Notes under the pieces: model-generated
Seen by the model: the letters and a program-made list of their open reading frames with translations, nothing else
What the model was told of the DNA's origin: nothing
The model's database searches: none
Source: a virus
Length of the DNA: 64,000 nt
Direction: 5' to 3' (one strand)
IMG/VR virus record: IMGVR_UViG_3300036719_006047
Location: 1 to 64,000 of that record
Shown: one piece after another, positions 37,547-47,672 of the stretch
How the letters are laid out: every line of letters starts with the position of its first letter
How positions within the stretch are numbered: position 1 is the first letter of the stretch
Position numbers and translations under genes: made by a program

Positions 37547-38419
37547 CTACCCGATGCCCCCGATCACATCGTCGTCGTCCCTCTCGTGAGATGTTTGGCG
37601 AGAGGAGGCACGAGCTCTCGTGTAGTCTTCAGGCACTTCTTCCTCTTCAAAGCCGTAGTAAGTCTCCTCGAAAGGCGGAGCGTCGTCTTGCCAGGAAGGA
37701 GGAGGCCCGTACTCCCAGGGATCTACTGTGCGTGAGGAGTGATGACGAGACTGGCGCGGAGGGGGAGCACTCTCTTGGCGCGGAGGGGGAGCACTCTCTT
37801 GGCGCGGAGGGGGAGCACTCTCTTGACGCGGAGGAGCGCCCGGCTTTTTAGCGTCTTTCTTGTTGAGCTTGCGCAAGATCTCTTCGGCTTTTTCGGGCGA
37901 GTAGCAGAACTTGTGGCCAAGCTCGGTCATGTAAGGGGAGCCGTCGTCGTTGAAGAACTGCAGGCAGACGCGGCCCGTCCGGTCGCGGCCTTCGCGGTAC
38001 TGAGGGTTGTCTCTGTTGCGGGCCATGAGTGCCTCCGAGATGACTTCTTTCGTTCTGGGAACGAGGTCGTACTTGCTGAGTTCGTCTTCAGACACGAAAA
38101 CAGCTTGAGTGTGCTCGTAGTTTAGCTTCACGCACCCGCTGTGAGGAGCATGTACGTTACCTTCGTGTGCCACGAAGTAGATGAAGAAGACGTTACCTTC
38201 AGTCTTTGCCGTCAAAAACTTCAAGTGACTCGGGTTCACGATCAACCCGGCTTCTTCTTGAAGCTCTCGTGAAGCTGCTTCGACTGAACTTTCTCCTTCT
38301 TCCACTTTCCCGCCAGGCAAGCCCCATTTGTTGGGCATCCAAGGCGCAGTCGGCCCTCGCTTGAGCAGCAGTACCTTCTTGCTGTTTGTTACGACGATGA
38401 CGCCGGCTGCGTGCTTCAT
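37547..38419 (-). CDS. NUDIX hydrolase with C-terminal extension
   Basis: Nudix box PGGKVEEGESSVEAASRELQEEAG; extension after ARNRDNP. Confidence 0.88.
   Translation of the reverse strand: MKHAAGVIVVTNSKKVLLLKRGPTAPWMPNKWGLPGGKVEEGESSVEAASRELQEEAGLIVNPSHLKFLTAKTEGNVFFIYFVAHEGNVHAPHSGCVKLNYEHTQAVFVSEDELSKYDLVPRTKEVISEALMARNRDNPQYREGRDRTGRVCLQFFNDDGSPYMTELGHKFCYSPEKAEEILRKLNKKDAKKPGAPPRQESAPPPRQESAPPPRQESAPPPRQSRHHSSRTVDPWEYGPPPSWQDDAPPFEETYYGFEEEEVPEDYTRARASSRQTSHERDDDDVIGGIG
37752..37834. repeat. 24-bp tandem repeat (~3.5 copies) encoding RQESAPPP
   Basis: TGGCGCGGAGGGGGAGCACTCTCT x3 plus a partial copy. Confidence 0.9.
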
Positions 38420-38425
38420 TGTATT

Positions 38426-38833
38426 TTACTTACCCGGGTACTTGGTGATCAAGTGCTGTAGTTTTTCTTGGATGTAAGCGTGAATCATGGGCGCGCGGGT
38501 ATCCAGTTCGGACAGCCCGTTCCCCAGACCACGACGAGGCAAGATCACTCTTCCGTTTTTCTCGAGATGAGCTTCAATCTCAGCAATCCTTGCGTCGATG
38601 CGGTCTTTCACGCTTTCGAAGTCTTCGTCGGAGAAGAAAGCATCTGCTTTCATGCTAGGAGACCACTTTGTTGGGATCCCTACTGCGTTCTTTTCGCCTC
38701 GCATCTCCCTCGCCTGACCGCCAAAGCCTCTCTCCTCCATGTTGTCCCCGAACACGTATAGCGTGCTCGGGTTCGCGCGAAGGTGGTGCTTCTCGATCCA
38801 GTCTTGGAAGTAGATGCCACTCGCCATTGTCAT
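38426..38833 (-). CDS. Conserved phage-type protein (FGDN...GxGGQA...R...NA.GIPTK motif)
   Basis: Motif recalled from large-phage hypothetical proteins; function unknown. Confidence 0.6.
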   Translation of the reverse strand: MTMASGIYFQDWIEKHHLRANPSTLYVFGDNMEERGFGGQAREMRGEKNAVGIPTKWSPSMKADAFFSDEDFESVKDRIDARIAEIEAHLEKNGRVILPRRGLGNGLSELDTRAPMIHAYIQEKLQHLITKYPGK

Positions 38834-41688
38834 TTCCTCTTGTTGATTAGCCTTTGAAGCACAGCGTATTCTTTCTTGTCTGCGGTAAAAGCAGCTCGTC
38901 CGCCAGTAAGTACTGAAGCGATGCGAGCATCAGCCCAACTCTTTTGCGAAGCGCCTGGTCTGTGTCCGCCCGAGGCCCAAGCGGCAAGACCTTTTCTGTA
39001 TACCTGTTTCAGCGCTTCCGTCAATGTCTGTACGTCTGCGGCCGACGGCTTACGCCCCGTGTAGTGCTTGAGCGCCTTCTCTGCGACTACGCTAAGGTCG
39101 TCATTCGATTGAGAGACGTCGAAACCCCTCTTCATCGCTTCCTTTCTGTAGGGGGACAGTTTGACGAGTCCCATCGAGCGCGCGATTCTGTCTGTCTCCG
39201 GAGGGGTGAAATCCCCTCTCCAATAAGCATCGCGGCTCTCGCCGAGCTCTCTTTCTCTTTTCGCTCTGAGCTCAGGCGGCAGTCCCGCCAAGTACTTTTC
39301 GGGGATTAGACGACCTTGCGGATCAGTTCCGTCCGGATTTCGCTTCTGCTTCCGCACGGGAGGAACGTAATCATAGTATTCGTCGTCATCGTCTTTGTCT
39401 TCTTCGTCGTACTGCTGGTAAAGCACAGACTTGTCGGAAGGAACTGCGTCGATGACGGGGATGCCCAAAGCATCGAGTGAATTTTTGATCTCTTGGTAGT
39501 AGGGGTGAGTCCTGTATATCACCAGAACTTTCATCTTCGCGTTGGCGGGCGACAAAAATGATTCTGTCCACGCTTCCACCTTGCCTTCTGTCGGCGTGAA
39601 GCCAGCTTGAGGCTCAGTGCTTGCTATTCTCATGCCGCTTGAATCTTGGTATGACCACACATCTCCTTCTGCTTGAAGTCTCGTTGTTCCCTCGAAGATG
39701 CCTACAGCTTTGTTCCTATCGTCACCATGCCGCAAGAAGATAGTTTTCGACTCCTCCAAGTCTGATACGGCCAGTTCTCGCTTCATCCGCAAGAAGTGCT
39801 TCCATTGCGACACACTTCGCGGAATCTTGTCTTTGAAGTTGAACACGTGAGCCCAGACACCGTACTTTCCGGGCTTCATGTAGGGGTCTGGTTCTCCTGC
39901 TTTTTCCCGCCTCAACCGCTCGAGCGTATCTGCTCTGCCCGCCGGAACAGTAGGCCCCTTAGGGTATTCTATTTGTACCCTGCTCCATCTTTCGTCTTCT
40001 CTTCTTTTCGCTTCTCTCAGCGCTTCTGCGTTTGCGATCTGCTCGCTCGCCTTTCTGTGTATTTCGTACTTTTGCACTTCCTCTTGGACAGAAGGAGGGC
40101 GCTTGAACCAATACTTTTCGAATTCAGTACCCTTTACCATAGAAAACAAGTCTCTTTCCACGGAACCATAATAGTCTTCGTTCGTCTCTGACTCTTCGTA
40201 CTGTAAACCTTCCAGCGCTTCATAAGACAAAAGGTTGAAATTTTCTTTGGCTATGCTCAGCAAGCGGTAAACCATGTTGTTTGCCTCTTCTTCTGTCAGA
40301 GGCACTTTTTCGCTATAAATGGATTGTCTTGCCTGAGACGCAAAGGGTCTGTTCGTAGTGAGGAAGTACGCAAAATGCTCTATCTCATTTTTTGTTTGTT
40401 GCTCTGAAGGAGGAAATGTTGCATGCCATCTGCCGATGTTTTGGTGGAGCAACTGTGACGGGTACCCGTATGTTCTGTAACCTCCTGACCCCCATCCCCC
40501 CGCTATGCCGTAAATCAAACCCAAAACAGTGCAAAAGAATTTGATCTGCTCTCTCTCGTTCATGGGGTTGTTCCGCGCAGAACTTCCGCTAACCCAAGCT
40601 TGACCTGCGTCTCCACCCCAATTCAGCCATGCCATGTAGCCTCTGCTGGGACTTCTGTCGTCGCCAAAACCGCTGCTTCGCTTGTCCTTGCGGTGCCGAG
40701 AAAAGTAGTTCCTCATGCGACCCATCGTTGTGCTCGATACCCCTGGCTGGGTGGCCAACTGGATAGCTCGTGCGATCCCGATGAAGTTCCACGCGCCGTA
40801 GTTGTTGGCGTGAGACAGAGCCAGACCGTGCATGGCTTCTTCGCGCACAGCAGGAGGCACTTTGTTGCCTCCTGAAGCTGTATCGTTGGACCTGTTGCCC
40901 CCTGCTGTGATTCCTAAGACCTTGAGCGCGTTGGTGAGGTTGAGGCTCAGCGACCCTGAGGCTTGACCCGTTGCGCGCAGGTCTGCAACCCCGGATTCGA
41001 ATTGACGTCTCCAATCAGAGGGAGCAGACGATAACCATCTTTCGATAATGCGTTTATTCTGTTCGGGGTCAGTGTAATCCTGAGGATTGACGCGAGCGGC
41101 GTGCGCGATTTGGGCCCAGGCTGTTTGTTGCGTCTTCCTGTTCGGTGATGTAACACGGATGTTGAGGCTACTACCTCTTCTGTCTACTTGAGTATGCGGG
41201 ATATGTCTCATGGCTGCTTCCCATTTCGTCAGTCTGGCAGGATCGCCTTGAATGCCTATGTAGCCGTGATTGTGCTGTTCTTTTAGTTTTTTGTCGATGT
41301 CGCGCAACGAATGGAGTGCTACCTCGTAGGAGGGATCTCGCCACAGAACATGTTCCCCCGTCTCTGTGTTCCGCAGCATCAACCCTGTTGTGCTGACGCG
41401 GCTCTGGTCTTCGATAAGCTGTTTTTGAAGTCTCTTTACGTAGTTCGCGTCGTACTCATGCCCTGCGCAAGAAGGCAACGTACGCAAACCTTTGCTCGTA
41501 GCGGCTTCGAGCAACGGAATGAGAGGGCGGTCTATCGTTGTGGTTACTTCCTTGGCCACGGTCTTTGGCTGGCGTCGAGGTGCGTGGTAGAACCATCGAA
41601 CGCCTGTTCTGAGCGGCTCGAACCACTCTTTGTCGGAGAATGAATCAGGCGGAACGTAGTCGGCGTAAAATCTACTTTTCTCTCTCAT
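38830..41688 (-). CDS. 952-aa multidomain (polyprotein-like) protein
   Basis: Four apparent modules separated by RVNP, RNNP and KRNP: a T..SC.GH domain, a WLNWGGDAG domain, an unknown domain and a VYRKGLAAWASGGHRPGA domain. Confidence 0.75.
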   Translation of the reverse strand: MREKSRFYADYVPPDSFSDKEWFEPLRTGVRWFYHAPRRQPKTVAKEVTTTIDRPLIPLLEAATSKGLRTLPSCAGHEYDANYVKRLQKQLIEDQSRVSTTGLMLRNTETGEHVLWRDPSYEVALHSLRDIDKKLKEQHNHGYIGIQGDPARLTKWEAAMRHIPHTQVDRRGSSLNIRVTSPNRKTQQTAWAQIAHAARVNPQDYTDPEQNKRIIERWLSSAPSDWRRQFESGVADLRATGQASGSLSLNLTNALKVLGITAGGNRSNDTASGGNKVPPAVREEAMHGLALSHANNYGAWNFIGIARAIQLATQPGVSSTTMGRMRNYFSRHRKDKRSSGFGDDRSPSRGYMAWLNWGGDAGQAWVSGSSARNNPMNEREQIKFFCTVLGLIYGIAGGWGSGGYRTYGYPSQLLHQNIGRWHATFPPSEQQTKNEIEHFAYFLTTNRPFASQARQSIYSEKVPLTEEEANNMVYRLLSIAKENFNLLSYEALEGLQYEESETNEDYYGSVERDLFSMVKGTEFEKYWFKRPPSVQEEVQKYEIHRKASEQIANAEALREAKRREDERWSRVQIEYPKGPTVPAGRADTLERLRREKAGEPDPYMKPGKYGVWAHVFNFKDKIPRSVSQWKHFLRMKRELAVSDLEESKTIFLRHGDDRNKAVGIFEGTTRLQAEGDVWSYQDSSGMRIASTEPQAGFTPTEGKVEAWTESFLSPANAKMKVLVIYRTHPYYQEIKNSLDALGIPVIDAVPSDKSVLYQQYDEEDKDDDDEYYDYVPPVRKQKRNPDGTDPQGRLIPEKYLAGLPPELRAKRERELGESRDAYWRGDFTPPETDRIARSMGLVKLSPYRKEAMKRGFDVSQSNDDLSVVAEKALKHYTGRKPSAADVQTLTEALKQVYRKGLAAWASGGHRPGASQKSWADARIASVLTGGRAAFTADKKEYAVLQRLINKRK

Positions 41689-41842
41689 CTGCTTCTCGGT
41701 GACCTCTCTTCCGGGTTACGTAGCGCAGAATAGCGGTTCTTAGCCTTGTAGCACTTGCCTTCGGCTCCAACCCAGTGCTACGCACTCGCTCTTCTCTGTT
41801 CCTGTGTGATATAGACATCCCGACTTCTTTCGGAGACTTTTC

Positions 41843-43432
41843 ATGCGCACCAAGAACTTCGCCAGAATGAACCCGGCAGTCGAGCTTGCTCGTGACTACG
41901 CGGTGCCCGGTGCCGTTCGAATTCGGTCGAACCCCTCGGGCGACGTGTACGCTCCGCTGCAAGGCCTTAAGGGCGCGCCGCCTTCCGTTCTTCGCCACAT
42001 TCACGGCAGACGCGGTCGCCACAATCCGATGGACGTCAAGAGCGCCACGGGTGCGGGTCAGCACGGTCTTCAGCTGAACTCGGAGCAGATTTCTGTTCTG
42101 CTCAAGAGGGCCGTCGACATCAACAAGAAGATCTCGGAAAGTGGTGGTTCTCCTCTTCCCATCTGCATCTGGGGAAGCCACGGTCTGGGCAAGACCACTC
42201 TTGTCCGGTCGCTCGTGAAGAACGATCCTGACATGAAGGGGACTGGCGTCTACGCTGACACAGGCAAGATCGCTTACATCGCGCCAGCTCAGTTCGAAGA
42301 CCCGGGTGATCTGCTGGGTCTGCCCTACAAGGAAGGCGGCCGCACGAAGTACGCTAAGCCCGAGTGGGTCCCTGATGTCGAGGGCCCAGGCATCCTCTTG
42401 ATTGACGACTTCAACCGCGCTGATTCTCGTCTCCTCAAGGCGATGATGCAGCTTTTCCAGGACAGGGGTCTCGCGGGGTGGAAGCTTAAGGACGGCTGGA
42501 TGATTGTCGCTACTGCAAACCCGTCAGAGGGCGGCGAGTACGACGTCTCTGAGCTCGACCCTGCGATGCTGACCCGCATGATGCACGTCGAGATGATCTT
42601 CGACATCGACGTCTGGAAGAACTGGGCCACGTCCAAGAAGAAGGACAAGGACGAGCCGAACGTTGATCCCCGTGCGGTTGGGTGGATGATCACGGAGGGT
42701 AAAGACTTCCTCGGAACAGGGAGCAAGTATCCTCGGACCACTCCAAGAACGGTCGATATGCTCTTCGAGCAGCTTCGTTCTATCCCTGACTGGTCCAAAG
42801 AGCTTACGCTGGTCAAGCAGTACGCTTTTGGTCTGCTGGACGAAGCGCCCGCTGAAAAGTTCGTAGCCTACGCGAGAGAGCTCAAAGCAGACGAGCTGCC
42901 CGAGCCTGAAGTGCTTCTCTCCTCTAACGACATCGTCCCTCTGCTGGAGAACATGAAGAATATCTTGGCCAAAGACACGGGTATGCCGGACACTGTTCGG
43001 TTCAACGAGTACCTCGCTACGAGGTTCATCCCTTACGTTATGCCCAATGTTGCTCGGAACAATTCCCGTGCTCGGCGCAACAACTCTGATTCAGCTCTTC
43101 GTGTTCAGCAAGAAAATCTTTTGCGCTTCCTGCTCTACCCTCATTTCCCGAAGGAGAGCCTGACACCTTTGTTCCGCCAGCTTGTTGACGCCCACAGCGT
43201 GGATCACGAGGTGCCTGTTGCTCCTTTTGCCCAAGCGTTTACGCTGGACAAGGGCCAAAACGTGCTAGCTCTCGGTGTCATCAAGCGATTTGCGACCAAT
43301 GCTGACCCCAGCATCTGGACCGAGCCCAGCGTCGTCGAGCAGATGAAAGATCTTCGCACCTTAGCTGGATTCGACCTCGCTCAGCAAAATCCTCGCTTTC
43401 GGGTTCCAGTTCGTCGCAGCTACTACCGCTGA
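41843..43432 (+). CDS. MoxR-like AAA+ ATPase
   Basis: IWGSHGLGKT, LLIDDFNRA, ATANP, DPAMLTRM; basic N-terminal leader with three R-x-NP. Confidence 0.85.
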   Translation: MRTKNFARMNPAVELARDYAVPGAVRIRSNPSGDVYAPLQGLKGAPPSVLRHIHGRRGRHNPMDVKSATGAGQHGLQLNSEQISVLLKRAVDINKKISESGGSPLPICIWGSHGLGKTTLVRSLVKNDPDMKGTGVYADTGKIAYIAPAQFEDPGDLLGLPYKEGGRTKYAKPEWVPDVEGPGILLIDDFNRADSRLLKAMMQLFQDRGLAGWKLKDGWMIVATANPSEGGEYDVSELDPAMLTRMMHVEMIFDIDVWKNWATSKKKDKDEPNVDPRAVGWMITEGKDFLGTGSKYPRTTPRTVDMLFEQLRSIPDWSKELTLVKQYAFGLLDEAPAEKFVAYARELKADELPEPEVLLSSNDIVPLLENMKNILAKDTGMPDTVRFNEYLATRFIPYVMPNVARNNSRARRNNSDSALRVQQENLLRFLLYPHFPKESLTPLFRQLVDAHSVDHEVPVAPFAQAFTLDKGQNVLALGVIKRFATNADPSIWTEPSVVEQMKDLRTLAGFDLAQQNPRFRVPVRRSYYR

Positions 43433-43444
43433 GGCCTGAATCAA

Positions 43445-45076
43445 ATGAGTATCGCTGAGCACATCGCTTCGGTTGAGTCTCAGCTCACTGAAGCGCAGAG
43501 AAAGAAACTAATCGTTCAGCTGCAGCGGCAGCTGAGTGATAGTTTGGTTCTGCTGTACAACCGAAACAGGTTTTATTTCTATTTCATCAGTCAGATTGCT
43601 ACTTACACGGCAGGGTTCACAAAGAACGGCACGACTACAGCTGCTGTTCGGGTCAAAAAATCAAGCGATAAAAGTTCGGTGAAGTTTGAGTTTTTAGCGA
43701 ACCCTATATTTTTCGACCTCATGACTGAAGAAGAGCGGCTTGGCGTTGTTGTGCATGAGCTGCTGCACATCGTCCACAGGCACATTCAGCGCGCGTCTGC
43801 TTTTGCGTCTGACTTCCGCGTCCTCAACTTCGCCGCAGACATCATCAACAACAGGGACATTTTGACCTACACCCACAACTACAAAGACCCTTACCGGCGC
43901 GTGCAAGAGGGTATTGATCTCCCCCGTATGTGTATTCTTGACGGTCTGTTCGATTTCCGCGGCAAAGAGACAAGTACGACTGATGAGATCTACGCCATCC
44001 TCATCGAGGCGAAGAGGCAGGCTAAAGTCAAAGGTCCCATGTCCGAAGCCGAAAGAGATGCTTTTTTGGCCAAGCATCCCGGTTTAGCGGAAGAGCCTAC
44101 TCCTCAGAACAGATTCGGTTTGTCCCCTTCCCAACCGACTTTGGGCATGGACCCCGAAGAATACTACAGATTTTCTCTGGGTGATAAAGACGGCAAAGGC
44201 GGAAGCGGTGGTTCGGGAAGCGGTGACGAGGAAGAAGATGATTCGTCTTCTGGAGACGGCTCTGATGCCTCAGACAGAGACAACTCTGATGCCGTTGGCG
44301 GGCACAGCGACCACTCACACTGGGAAGAAGATAGCGACAATTTCGACGGCCAAAACCAATATGGCGAGGACCTCGACAAAGAAGCGCAGGGCAAGATCAA
44401 CCGCGCTCTCGTTGATGCCGCTAGAAAGTCAGACTTTAATGGTGTCCCCGGTTCTCTCTCTGGCTTTCTCCGCGAGCTCATGAAGGGCCAAGCCCCCTTG
44501 CAGGACTGGAGAGCTATCCTGAGAATGCAGGTTGCGAGCAGTGCTTCGATTCGCAAGAAGACGACTTCTATGAAAGAGAGCCGTCGCTTCCCTCGGGAGC
44601 CCGGACTTCCTGGAGGGATGGGCACCAAAACTCTGCGCGATGTCAATGTGACTGTTGCAGTGGATACTAGCGGATCCATTGACCAAGAAATCTTGGCTCA
44701 GTTCATGGCTGAGATCGGGAAGATGCAGAAGAGCAACGCTGAAGTAAGCTTGTTCTTTTTCCACCAGGACGTTTACGGCCTCGACAAAGGCGGGAAGCCT
44801 GCTCTCTTTAAGAAGTTCGATGTTAACACATTCAATATGGAATCAGGCGGTACGGACTTCACGCCCCCCTTCCGAGTCGTCAAACAGCTTAGCAAAAAGC
44901 CTGATCTGTTTATCCTTCTGACAGACGGCATCGCTCCGCCTCCCGAGGTCAACCTCGGCACAGTTAAATACCTTTGGGCCATCTATGGGGGGCCAGGCGC
45001 AACGCAGGAAAGCCTGAAGGCAGATCCACACGTGAAAGCTTTGCCCGGCAAGAAAATCTACTTGGCTAACAAGTAG
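43445..45076 (+). CDS. HExxH metallopeptidase-like plus VWA domain protein (DUF2201-type), MoxR partner
   Basis: VVVHELLH, acidic linker, MIDAS VDTSGSI, GGTDF, LTDG. Confidence 0.85.
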   Translation: MSIAEHIASVESQLTEAQRKKLIVQLQRQLSDSLVLLYNRNRFYFYFISQIATYTAGFTKNGTTTAAVRVKKSSDKSSVKFEFLANPIFFDLMTEEERLGVVVHELLHIVHRHIQRASAFASDFRVLNFAADIINNRDILTYTHNYKDPYRRVQEGIDLPRMCILDGLFDFRGKETSTTDEIYAILIEAKRQAKVKGPMSEAERDAFLAKHPGLAEEPTPQNRFGLSPSQPTLGMDPEEYYRFSLGDKDGKGGSGGSGSGDEEEDDSSSGDGSDASDRDNSDAVGGHSDHSHWEEDSDNFDGQNQYGEDLDKEAQGKINRALVDAARKSDFNGVPGSLSGFLRELMKGQAPLQDWRAILRMQVASSASIRKKTTSMKESRRFPREPGLPGGMGTKTLRDVNVTVAVDTSGSIDQEILAQFMAEIGKMQKSNAEVSLFFFHQDVYGLDKGGKPALFKKFDVNTFNMESGGTDFTPPFRVVKQLSKKPDLFILLTDGIAPPPEVNLGTVKYLWAIYGGPGATQESLKADPHVKALPGKKIYLANK

Positions 45077-45103
45077 GGGCTAACGAACCGAAAGACTATT
45101 CAA

Positions 45104-45394
45104 TCACGTCAACTTTGAGCCGTTCTTGATGGCTTCGATGTGGTGGTCTGTAAAGGCCGATATCGCCGCAAGAAGCCTCGGTTGGGCTGCTTTGGTAGAC
45201 CCTGAGCAGTCTACGTAGTACAGGACGAAGGGCTCATTTAACTGGTTGATGTAGCTTAGCGCTTCTCGGGCAGATCCAGGCCAGTCAGGAGCATCTTCGT
45301 ACCGGCTCGGCACAAGAAAACGACGTTCCGTGTACGGCCCGTCGTTTCCGTGAGCTACGTATAGACCTACTTCTGAGCTACCGTTTTGACGCAT
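45104..45394 (-). CDS. Hypothetical protein
   Basis: 96-aa ORF continuing the minus-strand operon. Confidence 0.5.
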   Translation of the reverse strand: MRQNGSSEVGLYVAHGNDGPYTERRFLVPSRYEDAPDWPGSAREALSYINQLNEPFVLYYVDCSGSTKAAQPRLLAAISAFTDHHIEAIKNGSKLT

Positions 45395-45899
45395 TTTGAA
45401 TCATGGAGTTCAGTTTCGCGACAATGCTGTGCGCCTTGTCTGTGGTCAGCGCGTACTTCCCTGTATTGTGCCCGGCGTAGAAGATGTGATGCTTGCCGCC
45501 CACTTCCTCGATCTCGAAGCCTTCCGGCAACTCGTTTCTCGGTCTCGCGGTAGCGGCAGGAGAGTTGTACCGAGCCATAAACGGGTTTGCTGCAGCGCGA
45601 GGCCTCGCTTTCTTTCCCTTCATGATCAGAGCCATGTTGGCTGCATCGACAGCGTTATCGAACGAAGAGCTGATGAAGAACTGCTCTGTCTTCTCCCTCA
45701 GCGCTTCAGCTCTGTCGTCATTCATCAGCGCAACGCGCAGCGGGATGACGCCTGACGACCATCTGCGCAGCATCTGCAGCTGATCGTCTTGGCTCGCCTC
45801 GAGGAAGCGCACCCGCTGGTTCTGCGCAACGGTGACCAGAATAGGCGCAAGGATGCGGAACATCCTTGCTGCTGTCATTGCTGTCGCTACTGCCGGCAT
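45378..45899 (-). CDS. Hypothetical protein
   Basis: Likely start ATG 45899, 7 nt after the upstream stop; internal AANP followed by a short C-terminal module. Confidence 0.6.
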   Translation of the reverse strand: MPAVATAMTAARMFRILAPILVTVAQNQRVRFLEASQDDQLQMLRRWSSGVIPLRVALMNDDRAEALREKTEQFFISSSFDNAVDAANMALIMKGKKARPRAAANPFMARYNSPAATARPRNELPEGFEIEEVGGKHHIFYAGHNTGKYALTTDKAHSIVAKLNSMIQNASKR

Positions 45900-45906
45900 G
45901 TTTTGC

Positions 45907-46389
45907 TCAGAAGAGGTCGAAGGGGTTGTTAGCGGCATTCTTCGCCTTCTTTCTGTCCGCAAAGCCGGGACCCTCGCCCCAAGCCTTCTTTCGGCCCGAC
46001 AAGAGGCGATCGCGATGGTTCAGCTCAGCCGCCGCAAGTGCTGCCAGCTCACGGTCGGAGCCCGCAGCGATCTGCGCGAGAAGCTCAGACGTTGCAGCCG
46101 CAAGATCAGCCTTGTGTGCGAAAGCAGACACTTCAAACGCCACGGGCGCGGTGTAAGTGCGATCTCGCTTCGGCAAACGCCCCGCCTTCTGCGCGCCCTT
46201 GAAAGAACGACGGCCTGCGTTCTGTCTCGCGGAAGAGCACTCGCTCGGATTGGCGTGCATCCAGCGCTTGCCGCCCTTGGGGCCGACCTCGGTGGGATGC
46301 TGACAAATCTGGCTCTCTCCGGGAGTGAACTCTTCTCCGCACTCTACGCAGCTCTGCCCGGGGAACTTCGCTGTTCTGACGTCCTGCAT
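45907..46389 (-). CDS. Hypothetical protein with N-terminal Zn-binding-like module
   Basis: Likely start ATG 46389; CVEC...H...C; ends AANNPFDLF. Confidence 0.6.
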   Translation of the reverse strand: MQDVRTAKFPGQSCVECGEEFTPGESQICQHPTEVGPKGGKRWMHANPSECSSARQNAGRRSFKGAQKAGRLPKRDRTYTAPVAFEVSAFAHKADLAAATSELLAQIAAGSDRELAALAAAELNHRDRLLSGRKKAWGEGPGFADRKKAKNAANNPFDLF

Positions 46390-46474
46390 GTGTGTCTCCG
46401 GCCGATCGGCTCGATGTCTCTTTAGCAGTAGCACGCTGAGCCGAGGCCGACGCTTTCTTTCCGTACCTGAAGTG

Positions 46475-46936
46475 CTACATCTCGATCAGGTTGAGCTTGA
46501 ACGTCTTTATTACGAGCTTTCCGTCAGAATCGGATTGCGCCACAAGTCTATTTTCGCTTTCTGTTCGCGTTTGTCTCAGGTCCAGCAGAATAAGTCCTTT
46601 CATCTCGTTGAGTGTTGGCATGTTTGTCTGCCACAAGGTCTCGTTAATGTCTGCTTCCGCAAAGTTTGTTCCTGTCAGCTTGCTCGCGGTAAACTGAGCT
46701 CCTACCAAAGTAGCTCCGCTAAAGTTTGAGTTCGTGAAGTCCACGAAATCGTAATTGCTGAAGCTCAAGTCCAAATCAGAGAGGTCCAAGTTGGTGAAAT
46801 CGCTATACTGTTCGCCTTCTTTTCTCTTTATTTCTGGCTGTTCTTCTCCTGCCCCTTGCCCGCTGTGATCCCACTCGGAACACTTATCCGCAAAATCGAT
46901 GAGAAACACAACGCGGGGGTCAGACATATCGGCCAC
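46475..46936 (-). CDS. DPRV-family pentapeptide-repeat protein, copy 1 (divergent, terminal)
   Basis: MADMSDPRV start, degenerate repeats, SDGKLVIKT tail. Confidence 0.85.
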   Translation of the reverse strand: MADMSDPRVVFLIDFADKCSEWDHSGQGAGEEQPEIKRKEGEQYSDFTNLDLSDLDLSFSNYDFVDFTNSNFSGATLVGAQFTASKLTGTNFAEADINETLWQTNMPTLNEMKGLILLDLRQTRTESENRLVAQSDSDGKLVIKTFKLNLIEM

Positions 46937-46944
46937 GGGTCACC

Positions 46945-47664
46945 TCAGTACCGCAAGGAGATACGCTTGATGCGTAGTTTACCGTCTTCTTCTGGCTGAA
47001 GCAAAAGATGTGGCTTCGCTTCGTCTTCAGCTGTAGGACTGGTCAGTAAAATTACATTGGCGCCCTTGAGGTTGGCGCGAGTGAGGTTGGCGCGAGTGAG
47101 GTTGGCACCAGCAAGATCGACGCGGGTCAGGTCGGCGGCGTAGAGGATGGCGCCGCTGAGGTCGGCGCGGCTGAGGTCGGCGCGGCTGAGGTTGGCGCTG
47201 TGGAGGCTGGCTTCGCTGAGGTTGGCGCCGATGAGCTTGGCGCCGATGAGCTTGGCGCCGTTGAGGTCGGCGTGTTCGAGGTCGGCGCCGTTGAGCTTCG
47301 CGCGGGCGAGGACGGCTTCTTCGAGGACGGCTTCTTCGAGGTTGGCGCCATCAAGGTTGGCGCCAGTGAGCTTGGCGCCGCGGAGGTCGGCGCCGCTAAG
47401 GTTGGCACCGCTGAGGTTAGCGCCTTTGAGCTTGGCGTCGATGAGGCCGGCGTCGGTGAGGTCGGCGCCGCCGAGCTTGGCGCCGGTGAGGTCGGCGCCG
47501 ATGAGGTTGGTAGTTTTGAGGTTTTCGCCGATGAGGTTGATATCAGACAGATCTTTGAGGTCAGACGGCAACAGCGGAATCTGCGATTTTTCTGCTTCAG
47601 CAACTCTGCATTCTTCTGCGTGAGACAGAACGCGAGGCACGCGAGGATCGGACATGTCTGCCAT
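46945..47664 (-). CDS. DPRV-family pentapeptide-repeat protein, copy 2
   Basis: [10 protein letters not shown](D/N/K)L(T/S)G pentads, [22 protein letters not shown] tail. Confidence 0.92.
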   Translation of the reverse strand: MADMSDPRVPRVLSHAEECRVAEAEKSQIPLLPSDLKDLSDINLIGENLKTTNLIGADLTGAKLGGADLTDAGLIDAKLKGANLSGANLSGADLRGAKLTGANLDGANLEEAVLEEAVLARAKLNGADLEHADLNGAKLIGAKLIGANLSEASLHSANLSRADLSRADLSGAILYAADLTRVDLAGANLTRANLTRANLKGANVILLTSPTAEDEAKPHLLLQPEEDGKLRIKRISLRY

Positions 47665-47672
47665 GGGTCACC

